From Tubiluchus corallicola (lineage: Eukaryota > Animalia > Priapulida), in assembly GCA_030141605.1 (NCBI GenBank), contig JAQGDQ010002513.1:1-14814 (forward strand): DNA of 14,814 nt, given 5' to 3'. Numbering within the stretch: position 1 is the stretch's first letter; the number at the start of each line of letters is the position of its first letter. Of this stretch, positions 7,680 to 14,814 are shown piece by piece. The position numbers and the translations under genes are program-made. The notes below the pieces were generated by a model that worked only from the letters and a program-made list of their open reading frames with translations, was not told the origin of the DNA and ran no database searches.

Positions 7680-8700
7680 CTTATGTGTAGATAGTTTTAA
7701 TCTAAGGATTACAACTATATTAAAATCTAATAATTCAAATTCATAACTTTTTATTACAAGTAAAGAATATATATGGAAAAGTACTTATTCATGATAATAT
7801 ATAATGCTGCACTAGGTGAAAATTTCTTACTTGTTATTTTATTTTTTTACTTTATCCATTTTATCTCAAGTTCATAAAAATTTCTGCGGTTTCATTTTAG
7901 GTATTACTGTTTATATACATCAAGTAAATCATTTATTTGTAAACTTAAAAAAAAACATCTAAATATAGCTCTTTTATATATTTTTGCAAATAAGTACATT
8001 AGTTAACTGTATTGTTTATAGTACTTTTTCAAAAAATCTATTCCAAATTTAACTAATTAGGCTAAAGTTTTATATTATTCATCATATACATATTTTTTTT
8101 TTTACAAAATTTTACTTGTTATCTCTTTGCTTAAATCTACTATTTATTTTCTAACTTTATTTTATCTAAAGATTTTTAGAAACTTTTTAGTTTTACTAAA
8201 TTGTTACTTATTTCCACATATATACATACTAAGTATAGCTTTAAAATTAGCATTTAAAACATATTACAAATTCTATACATATTTTTATTTATTAAAATAT
8301 GTTTACACATTTTTATGTTTTTATTTATATATATATACATCTTATATATTAAGTAAAATCATTTTTTATTTTTTTATTTTTATACATAAACATTTTATTA
8401 CTTTATTACAAAATCTATTGAAAAGTTTACTATCTAAAATTTTTTATATTTTTATTAATGATTTTACATTAAATCACTCAAAACTCCATCTATACAACAT
8501 TTCAAAATGTGTCTAGATATAAAAATAAAAAACAGAAAAGTGTATAGATATAAAAATAAAAAAAAAGATAAACTAAATAAATAGCTTTTAGATGTTTACA
8601 CATAAAAATAAGAAAATTGCGTAACAAAAAACATAAACTTAAAAAAATTAACAAGAGAAATTTAAATTTTTAAACTCAATTATTATAGGATTAATTATCT
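7680..8700. other. Candidate chromosomal replication origin (oriC) region
   Basis: Long AT-rich non-coding gap immediately upstream of rpmH. Housekeeping genes diverge from it on both sides. The + strand changes from T-rich to A-rich near 8500. Cluster of DnaA-box-like 9-mers with 1-3 mismatches to TTWTNCACA. Boundaries are approximate. Confidence 0.55.
8509..8563 (+). repeat. 24-bp direct repeat, 2 copies, 31-bp period
   Basis: GTGTCTAGATATAAAAATAAAAAA (8509-8532) and GTGTATAGATATAAAAATAAAAAA (8540-8563), one mismatch. Confidence 0.85.
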
Positions 8701-8728
8701 TGACAAAGTAATAAAAATCTAATAAAAT
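8700..8728 (+). promoter_or_regulatory. sigma70 promoter of the rpmH operon
   Basis: TTGACA (8700-8705), 17-bp spacer, TAAAAT (8723-8728), with an A/T-rich upstream region. Confidence 0.8.
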
Positions 8729-8765
8729 ATATTTCAAATGCACTGATTTTTAGGAGGTGAACATT

Positions 8766-8900
8766 TTGAAAAGAACATTTCAACCTAATAATAGAAAGAA
8801 AAAAAGAAAGCATGGTTTCAGAGAAAGAATGAAAACCAAAAGTGGAAGAAATATACTAAAGAAAAGAAGACAAAAGGCTAGAAAAAGCCTTACAGTATAA
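8766..8900 (+). CDS. rpmH: 50S ribosomal protein L34 (44 aa; not in the ORF track)
   Basis: Hand translation from TTG gives [55 protein letters not shown] at 8752-8760. Canonical position before rnpA. Confidence 0.97.
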   Translation: MKRTFQPNNRKKKRKHGFRERMKTKSGRNILKKRRQKARKSLTV

Positions 8901-8924
8901 ACCCAGTAAAGAAACTGGGTTTTT
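8899..8924 (+). terminator. Intrinsic terminator/attenuator hairpin between rpmH and rnpA
   Basis: AAACCCAGT-AAAGAA-ACTGGGTTT followed by further Ts. Confidence 0.7.
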
Positions 8925-8939
8925 AAAATAGGAGCTTTT

Positions 8940-9272
8940 GTGTTAACTTTAAAAAATGATTCAGAATTTAAATTTATATATAATCATGGTAAAAAGCACT
9001 ACTCAAAATACTTTATTATTTTTATAATAAAATCAAGTGACTTAAAAATTGGTTATGTTGTAAGTAAAAAGATAGGAATAGCAGTTCAAAGAAATAGAGT
9101 GAAAAGGCTAATAAGGGAGAGCTACAGGTCAATAGAAAAAGATATTAATAAAAATGTAAACATTATATTTATAGCTAAAAGAGAGTTAAGAAACTTATCA
9201 AAACAAATAAAAAAACAAGATATTGAAAAAGATATGTTAAAGTTCCTAAGAAAGGTAAGGGTTATAAATTGA
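8940..9272 (+). CDS. rnpA: Ribonuclease P protein component
   Basis: RNR motif 'IGYVVSKKIGIAVQRNRVKRLIRESYR', N-terminal 'TLKNDSEFKFIY', SD AGGAG at 8930-8934, GTG start, synteny. Confidence 0.95.
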   Translation: MLTLKNDSEFKFIYNHGKKHYSKYFIIFIIKSSDLKIGYVVSKKIGIAVQRNRVKRLIRESYRSIEKDINKNVNIIFIAKRELRNLSKQIKKQDIEKDMLKFLRKVRVIN

Positions 9273-9478
9273 AAGGTTTGGTAATAGGTATAATAAAGTT
9301 ATATAAAAATTTAATATCACCATATATAGTAAAATCATGTAGATTCTACCCAACTTGTTCAACATACAGTATAAAGGCTATTGAAAAATATGGAGTAACA
9401 AGAGGAATATTTTTAACCTTAAAAAGAGTAGTCAAGTGTCATCCATTTCATCCAGGAGGGTATGACCCAGTTCCATAA
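9269..9478 (+). CDS. yidD: Membrane protein insertion efficiency factor
   Basis: 'CRFYPTCSTY...AIEKYG...KCHPFHPGGYDPVP'. Overlaps the rnpA stop. Synteny. Confidence 0.95.
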   Translation: MKGLVIGIIKLYKNLISPYIVKSCRFYPTCSTYSIKAIEKYGVTRGIFLTLKRVVKCHPFHPGGYDPVP

Positions 9479-9495
9479 ATCAGGAGGAAAATTAA

Positions 9496-10155
9496 ATGAA
9501 TTTAGTAGGACCCATAGTTATTTTCTTTGAAAAAATACTTTTATATTTATATGACTTTATAAGTAATATAGGTCTTAGCGATATAGCTCCAGGCTTATCT
9601 ATAATAACTTTAACAGTTTTAGTTAGGCTCTTATTACTACCGTTAAATATAAAACAAGAAAAATCCATGAAAAATATGAAAAAAATACAACCTGAAGTTG
9701 AAAAATTAAAAGAAGAATATAAAGATAAGCCAGAAGATTTAAATAAGGCAACGATGGAGCTTTATAAGAAATATAATGTAAATCCATTAGGAGGTTGTTT
9801 ACCATTATTGTTACAACTACCTATATTGTGGGGGCTATTTGGAGTATTTACAACAAGAAATAATCATGAAGTTGTTATACCTTTAAATGACTTTCTGTGG
9901 TTTAACCTTGAAACTCCAGATAAAATATTACCTTTTTTAATAGGTGCAATAATGTTAATTCAACAAAAGCTTGTAAACTCTTTGAATCCTACTCAGTCTG
10001 CTAATAAACAGATGGAAATGATGTCTATATCTATGTCAATAATGTTTGTTTTTATTTCTTATAAATTCCCAGGTGCCTTACAATTATATTGGTTTACTTC
10101 AACACTTATTGGGTTTATTATACAATATTTTATAATGAAATCAAGAAATGATTAG
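9496..10155 (+). CDS. yidC: YidC/Oxa1 family membrane protein insertase (short form)
   Basis: 'GLSIITLTVLVRLLLLPL', 'MKKIQPEVEKLKEEYKD', 'MELYKKYNVNPLGGCLPLLLQLPI', 'PGALQLYW'. SD AGGAGG at 9482-9487. Confidence 0.95.
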   Translation: MNLVGPIVIFFEKILLYLYDFISNIGLSDIAPGLSIITLTVLVRLLLLPLNIKQEKSMKNMKKIQPEVEKLKEEYKDKPEDLNKATMELYKKYNVNPLGGCLPLLLQLPILWGLFGVFTTRNNHEVVIPLNDFLWFNLETPDKILPFLIGAIMLIQQKLVNSLNPTQSANKQMEMMSISMSIMFVFISYKFPGALQLYWFTSTLIGFIIQYFIMKSRND

Positions 10156-10170
10156 GGGGTATGAGGTACA

Positions 10171-10812
10171 ATGTATACAAATGAAGAAAGCTATACAATA
10201 AAAGCTAATTCAAAAGAGGAGGCTTTAAATATCTTTCATAATAAAGATGAAAGAGTAAAAAATAAGATCAAAAATGTTGTTGAAGTAGAAAAACCTAAAT
10301 CTTCTTTTTTTGGACTAATAAAGAAAATAGGAGTATATAAGATAGTAATAGAAAAAGAAACCTCACAAGGTGCAAAAGTTGAAAGTGTAGCAAAAGAGCT
10401 TTTGAAAAAAATGAACCTAGACCTAGATACAACAATATTAGAAGAAAGTAAAAACTATGTGTTGCTTGACCTTCATGGTAGTGACAATGGGATTATAATA
10501 GGAAAAAAAGGAAAAACACTCCATAGCTTTGAATGTATATTGAATAGTTTGATAAAAGACTTAAAGGTAGAAGTAGATGTAGAGGGATTTAAAGAAAAAA
10601 GAAAAAAAACCTTACAAGAGCTTGCTAAACAAATGGCAGAAAAAGCACTAAAAACAGGAAAGACAATTAGACTCAACCCTATGCCTTCAAAGGAAAGAAG
10701 GGCAATACATGAAGTGATAAATACTTATGAAGGTTTAAAAACTTATAGCGAAGGTAAAGATCCAAAAAGATATATAGTTATAAAAAGAAAGAGTAAAAAT
10801 AGAAATGTATGA
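10171..10812 (+). CDS. jag: Jag/EloR/KhpB RNA-binding protein (Jag_N, KH, R3H)
   Basis: Jag_N-like 'SKEEAL...[10 protein letters not shown]', KH motif '[11 protein letters not shown]', R3H '[14 protein letters not shown]...[14 protein letters not shown]'. Synteny. Confidence 0.92.
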   Translation: MYTNEESYTIKANSKEEALNIFHNKDERVKNKIKNVVEVEKPKSSFFGLIKKIGVYKIVIEKETSQGAKVESVAKELLKKMNLDLDTTILEESKNYVLLDLHGSDNGIIIGKKGKTLHSFECILNSLIKDLKVEVDVEGFKEKRKKTLQELAKQMAEKALKTGKTIRLNPMPSKERRAIHEVINTYEGLKTYSEGKDPKRYIVIKRKSKNRNV

Positions 10813-12172
10813 TACGATAGCTGCCATATCAACTCCAAGAGGAGAAGGTGGAATAGGTATAGTTAGAGTATCTGGCGACAAATCCTTAAGTATTTTATCA
10901 AAAATATTTAAGAGTAAAAAAAATAAAAATATAAAAGAATTAGAAAATTTTACTATAAATTATGGTTATATTATTGAAAATAAGAAAATAATAGATGAAG
11001 TTTTAGTATCTGTTATGAAAGCTCCAAGTACATACACTAAAGAAGATATAGTTGAGATAAATTGTCATGGTGGTTTTTTAGTTACTGAAAAGGTATTGGA
11101 AATAGTATTAAAAAATGGAGCAAGACATGCAAAACAAGGGGAATTTACTCAAAGAGCATTTTTAAACGGAAGGCTTGATTTAACTCAAGTAGAATCTGTA
11201 ATGGATATTATTCATGGAAAAACAGAAAGAAGTATAGAAATATCAATGGGGCATTTACGAGGAGATTTAAAAACAGAAATTAGGAGATTGAAAAAACTAC
11301 TTCTTGATGTAAGTGCTCATGTAAATGTAGTAATAGATTACCCAGAAGAAGGAATAGATGAACCAGTACCTGAAAATCTAGTAAATAATTTGAAAGAAGT
11401 AAAAAGAGTAATAGAAGATTTGATAGCCTCTTATGACAAGGGAAAAATAATAAAAGAAGGTTTAAAAACAGTAATTTTAGGAAAACCCAATGTAGGAAAA
11501 TCAAGCTTACTAAATTCTTTATTAAAAGAAGAACGAGCTATAGTTACCCATATACCAGGTACAACTAGAGATATAATAGAAGAGGTTATAAACTTGAAAG
11601 GTTTACCTTTAATATTAATAGATACAGCTGGAATAAGAAAAACAAAAGATATAATAGAAAGTATAGGAGTAAAGAAATCTAAGGAACTTTCAAAAAAAGC
11701 AGATCTTATATTATTTGTAGTAGATGCATCTGAAGAATCAAATAAAGAAGATATGGAAATATATAATTCTGTTGATAAAAGTAAAATAATAGGAATTTAT
11801 AATAAAATAGATATTAGTAAAAAATTAGATAAAAATAAATTCGAAAAAATAGAAAAATGGATAGAGATATCAGCTAAAGAAAATTTAGGTATAAATCATA
11901 TGGAAGATGAGTTATACAATTATATATTAAAGGAAAATATTAAAGATTCTTCAGAAGAAATAGTCATAACAAATATAAGGCATAAATCAGCTTTAGAAAA
12001 AACTAAAAAAAGCATAGAAAGCATATTAAATATAATAAAAGTAGAGCTTCCTATGGATCTAATAGCTGTAGATTTGAAAGAAGCTTTAGATACATTATCA
12101 GAGATAACAGGAGAAATAACCTCAGAGGATGTGTTAGATCATATATTTAGTAATTTTTGTGTAGGAAAATAA
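10805..12172 (+). CDS. mnmE: tRNA uridine-5-carboxymethylaminomethyl(34) synthesis GTPase
   Basis: [23 protein letters not shown]1 [10 protein letters not shown]2 GTTRD, G3 DTAG, G4 NKID, C-terminal FCVGK. Confidence 0.98.
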   Translation: MYDTIAAISTPRGEGGIGIVRVSGDKSLSILSKIFKSKKNKNIKELENFTINYGYIIENKKIIDEVLVSVMKAPSTYTKEDIVEINCHGGFLVTEKVLEIVLKNGARHAKQGEFTQRAFLNGRLDLTQVESVMDIIHGKTERSIEISMGHLRGDLKTEIRRLKKLLLDVSAHVNVVIDYPEEGIDEPVPENLVNNLKEVKRVIEDLIASYDKGKIIKEGLKTVILGKPNVGKSSLLNSLLKEERAIVTHIPGTTRDIIEEVINLKGLPLILIDTAGIRKTKDIIESIGVKKSKELSKKADLILFVVDASEESNKEDMEIYNSVDKSKIIGIYNKIDISKKLDKNKFEKIEKWIEISAKENLGINHMEDELYNYILKENIKDSSEEIVITNIRHKSALEKTKKSIESILNIIKVELPMDLIAVDLKEALDTLSEITGEITSEDVLDHIFSNFCVGK

Positions 12173-12186
12173 GAATTTGTTATACT

Positions 12187-12216
12187 AAGGAAATGGTTGA
12201 TCCGTTTCCTTTTTTT
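12187..12216 (+). terminator. Intrinsic terminator after mnmE
   Basis: AAGGAAATGG-TTGAT-CCGTTTCCTT (one G-U pair) followed by a T run. Confidence 0.8.
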
Positions 12217-12246
12217 ATAAAATATTTAAGTTGAAACTGTAAGGAT

Positions 12247-12275
12247 TTGAAAATATTATATATGTAAATTAAAAT
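12247..12275 (+). promoter_or_regulatory. Putative sigma70 promoter for mnmG-mfd
   Basis: TTGAAA (12247-12252), 17-bp spacer, TAAAAT (12270-12275). Such matches can arise by chance in DNA this AT-rich. Confidence 0.4.
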
Positions 12276-12453
12276 ATAAAAATTATAAAAAACCTTTAAA
12301 CTAAAAAGAACATATTGAAAATAAGTTTGATTAGAATAATAAAGAAAATTAAATATAAATTTATTTTAAAGGTAGCCTAGAAGATAATAAATGATGTAGA
12401 AAAATATGATAAGAAAGAAATATAAATTAAGATGAAAAATATAGGTGATAATA

Positions 12454-14319
12454 ATGAATAATTATGATGTTATAGTTGTTGGAGGAGGACATGCAGGGTG
12501 TGAAGCAGCTCTTGCCTCTTCAAGACTAGGTTTAAAAACGCTTCTATTTACACTATATTTAGACAATATAGCTATGATGTCATGCAATCCAGCTGTAGGA
12601 GGACCAGGAAAAAGCCACTTAGTAACTGAAATAGATATACTAGGTGGAGAAATAGGGAGACATATAGATAAATATAACTTACAGCTAAAGCACTTAAATA
12701 CAAGCAAAGGTGTAGCTTCTAAAGTAACAAGAGGTCAAGCAGATAAGTATTTATATAGAGTAAAATTAAAAGAAATACTTGAAAAAACTAAAAATTTAGA
12801 AATATTGCAAGGGGAAATAAAAGAATTATTAGTAGAAAAAAATAAAATAATAGGAGTAAAATCTAATTTAAATATAAATTACTATTCAAAAGGAGTTATA
12901 TTAGCAACAGGTACATTTTTAGGTGGAAATATAGTAATAGGAAATGAAAAATTTTCAGGTGGTAGAATAGGTGAATACGGAGCTTACCATTTAGCAGAAA
13001 ACTTAAAAAATAATGGAATAGAACTTGAAAAATATCAAACAGCTACACCTCCTAGAATAGATAAAAAAAGTGTAGATTTTTCAAAATTAAAAAAGCTAAG
13101 TGGAGAAGATAAACCTAGTTATTTTTCAATTTTTACTAAAAAAGAAAAAAATGAAAACATACCAACATGGCTTACATTTACAACAGAAAAAACAATAGAA
13201 ACTGTAGAAAAGTTACTTAAATACTCACCAATAGTAACAGGAAAAGTGGCAAGCCATGGGCCTAGGCACTGTCCTTCAGTAGATAGAAAAGTATTAAATT
13301 TTCCAGAAAAAAAGGATCATCAAATATTTTTAGAACAAGAAAGCATGGAAAGTAATGAACTATATGTAAATGGTTTAACAACAGCTATGCCAACTTTTGC
13401 ACAAGATGAAATAATAAAAACAATAACAGGTTTGGAAAATGCAAAAATAATGAGATATGGTTATGCAGTTGAATACTTTTATTCACCAGCACAGCAGCTA
13501 TATCCAACTTTAGAAAGTAAAAAAATAGAAGGCCTTTATTTTGCGGGACAAATAAATGGAACCTCAGGTTATGAAGAAGCTGCAGCACAAGGATTTATAG
13601 CAGGAGTCAATTGTAGTAGAAAAATAAAAAATGAAGAAGAAATAATAATAGATAGAAGTGATGCTTATATAGGAGTATTAATAGATGATTTAATACACAA
13701 AAAAACACCAGAGCCATATAGGGTACTTCCATCAAGAGCAGAATTTAGACTTAATTTAAGACAAGATAATGCTTTTATAAGATTATATGAAGTAAGTAAA
13801 AAAATAGCTTTGCAAAGTAAAGAAAATATAGAATATATGGAAAGAATTAAAAAGTTAATAGAAAAAGAAATAGAGAGATTAGAAAATATAGTAATAAAAC
13901 CTGAAGAAGAGATAAACTTGATGTTAGAAAGTTTTAATATAGATAAAATAAAGAAACCAATAAAAGCAACAGAACTTTTGCAGAGAAAAAATATAAAATA
14001 TGATGATTTAAAATATTTTTGTAGTATAAAATTTTATGAAGAAATAGTAAAAGAGCAAGTAGAGATATATGTAAAATATAAAATATTTATAAAAAGAGAA
14101 AAAGAACAAATAGAAAAATTTAAAAAGTTAGAATCTAAAAAAATAAAAAAAGGTTTTAACTTTGAAAAAGTAAAAGGAATTTCAAATATAGCCTTAAATG
14201 GACTTCTACTTGAAAAGCCGCTAAGCATAGGAGAAGCTTCAAGAATAAGTGGTGTAACAAGTAATGATTTGGCACTTTTAATTAACTATATTAACGAAGT
14301 AGAGGAGATAAATGTTTAA
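12454..14319 (+). CDS. mnmG: tRNA uridine-5-carboxymethylaminomethyl(34) synthesis enzyme MnmG/GidA (divergent type)
   Basis: YDVIVVGGGHAGCEAA, MSCNPAVGG, GPRHCPS, FAGQINGTSGYEEAAAQG, RSDAYIGVLIDDL, EPYR..SRAEFRL, ASRISGVT. Start moved from GTG 12445 to ATG 12454 because AGGTGA (12443-12448) is positioned as its SD. Confidence 0.93.
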   Translation: MNNYDVIVVGGGHAGCEAALASSRLGLKTLLFTLYLDNIAMMSCNPAVGGPGKSHLVTEIDILGGEIGRHIDKYNLQLKHLNTSKGVASKVTRGQADKYLYRVKLKEILEKTKNLEILQGEIKELLVEKNKIIGVKSNLNINYYSKGVILATGTFLGGNIVIGNEKFSGGRIGEYGAYHLAENLKNNGIELEKYQTATPPRIDKKSVDFSKLKKLSGEDKPSYFSIFTKKEKNENIPTWLTFTTEKTIETVEKLLKYSPIVTGKVASHGPRHCPSVDRKVLNFPEKKDHQIFLEQESMESNELYVNGLTTAMPTFAQDEIIKTITGLENAKIMRYGYAVEYFYSPAQQLYPTLESKKIEGLYFAGQINGTSGYEEAAAQGFIAGVNCSRKIKNEEEIIIDRSDAYIGVLIDDLIHKKTPEPYRVLPSRAEFRLNLRQDNAFIRLYEVSKKIALQSKENIEYMERIKKLIEKEIERLENIVIKPEEEINLMLESFNIDKIKKPIKATELLQRKNIKYDDLKYFCSIKFYEEIVKEQVEIYVKYKIFIKREKEQIEKFKKLESKKIKKGFNFEKVKGISNIALNGLLLEKPLSIGEASRISGVTSNDLALLINYINEVEEINV

Positions 14320-14814
14320 TGATATAGATATAAAAAGGAAAACATTTTATAGAGGAGAAATACCTTTCTTTTTAAAAAATAAAAAGGGAAAAATAATTTA
14401 CCTTGTCTCTAGTAATAAAAATATAAAAGATTATGAATCAACTCTTTCTAATGTATATAAAGGGAAAATAATAAAAATAGAACATCAAAATTACACAAAG
14501 GAAGAATTTAATGAGATAAATTATGAATTATTATCCTTTTTTGAAAATAATAAAAAAGGAATAATTTTAACTTCAATAGAAGGTCTTTTAAAAAATTATT
14601 ATACAGAAAAAAGAGGAAAAACTTATAAGATAGGAAAAGAATATAAGCTATCAGAAATTATAGAATTTTTAGAAAAAAATACTTTTACAAAAAATTATAT
14701 TATAGAAAGTAAAGGAGAGTATAGTAAAAGAGGAGATATATTAGACATATACCCTTTTAACACAGAAAAACCTATAAGATTTGAATTTTTTGATAATAAT
14801 TTAGAAAGCATAAT
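14312..14814 (+). CDS. mfd: Transcription-repair coupling factor Mfd, 5' part (runs off the window; not in the ORF track)
   Basis: Open frame from ATG 14312 (SD GAGGAG 14302-14307): MFNDIDIKRKTFYRGEIPFFLKNKKG... ending in the UvrB-homology motif 'GEYSKRGDILDIYPFNTEKPIRFEFFDNNLESI'. No Walker A motif before it, which favours Mfd over UvrB. Confidence 0.8.
   Translation, partial: MFNDIDIKRKTFYRGEIPFFLKNKKGKIIYLVSSNKNIKDYESTLSNVYKGKIIKIEHQNYTKEEFNEINYELLSFFENNKKGIILTSIEGLLKNYYTEKRGKTYKIGKEYKLSEIIEFLEKNTFTKNYIIESKGEYSKRGDILDIYPFNTEKPIRFEFFDNNLESI

Noticed and set aside
7852-7869. Tandem TTATCCATT / TTATCTCAA as canonical DnaA boxes
   Set aside because: Two or more mismatches each in the conserved ACA end; not distinguishable from background.
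8127-8516. 129-aa ORF in the intergenic gap
   Set aside because: TTG start without SD and a Phe/Tyr/Leu/Ile/Lys-only composition typical of translated T-rich non-coding DNA. It overlaps the box array.
6969-8765. tRNA, riboswitch, T-box or other structured ncRNA, or a dnaA pseudogene, in the gap
   Set aside because: No GC-rich stems, cloverleaf or T-box motif seen, and no DnaA-like peptide in the frames I translated. An Infernal/Rfam scan and tBLASTn would be needed to exclude these fully.
2740-14228. Remaining short ORFs antisense to or overlapping the assigned genes (e.g. 2740..3024, 3094..3462, 3850..4128, 5503..5763, 5773..6066, 9623..9805, 10473..10676, 11280..11504, 12462..12707, 13385..13588, 14034..14228)
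   Set aside because: They lie opposite well-supported genes and have no recognisable motifs.

Overview
Very AT-rich (low-GC) chromosomal window from a diderm bacterium, most likely Fusobacteriota (inferred from the short YidC, the divergent MnmG type, the short Mfd N-terminus and a lipid A acyltransferase). Left: the 3' part of a giant surface protein gene (open from base 2 to 5104) with four near-identical 438-bp repeats, five further DUF11-like domains, a split SdrD-B-like module and a C-terminal OmpA-like domain, then a bidirectional terminator and a convergent ilvE / lipid A acyltransferase pair. Middle: a ~1.8-kb non-coding region where strand composition flips and a degenerate 9-mer (nTHTAYACA) recurs, partly at 30-31-bp spacing and inverted around a palindrome. 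This is a candidate replication origin with no adjacent dnaA. Right: the classic origin-proximal cluster rpmH (missing from the ORF track)-rnpA-yidD-yidC-jag-mnmE, a divergent mnmG and the 5' end of mfd. All calls come from motif recognition by eye; no searches were run.
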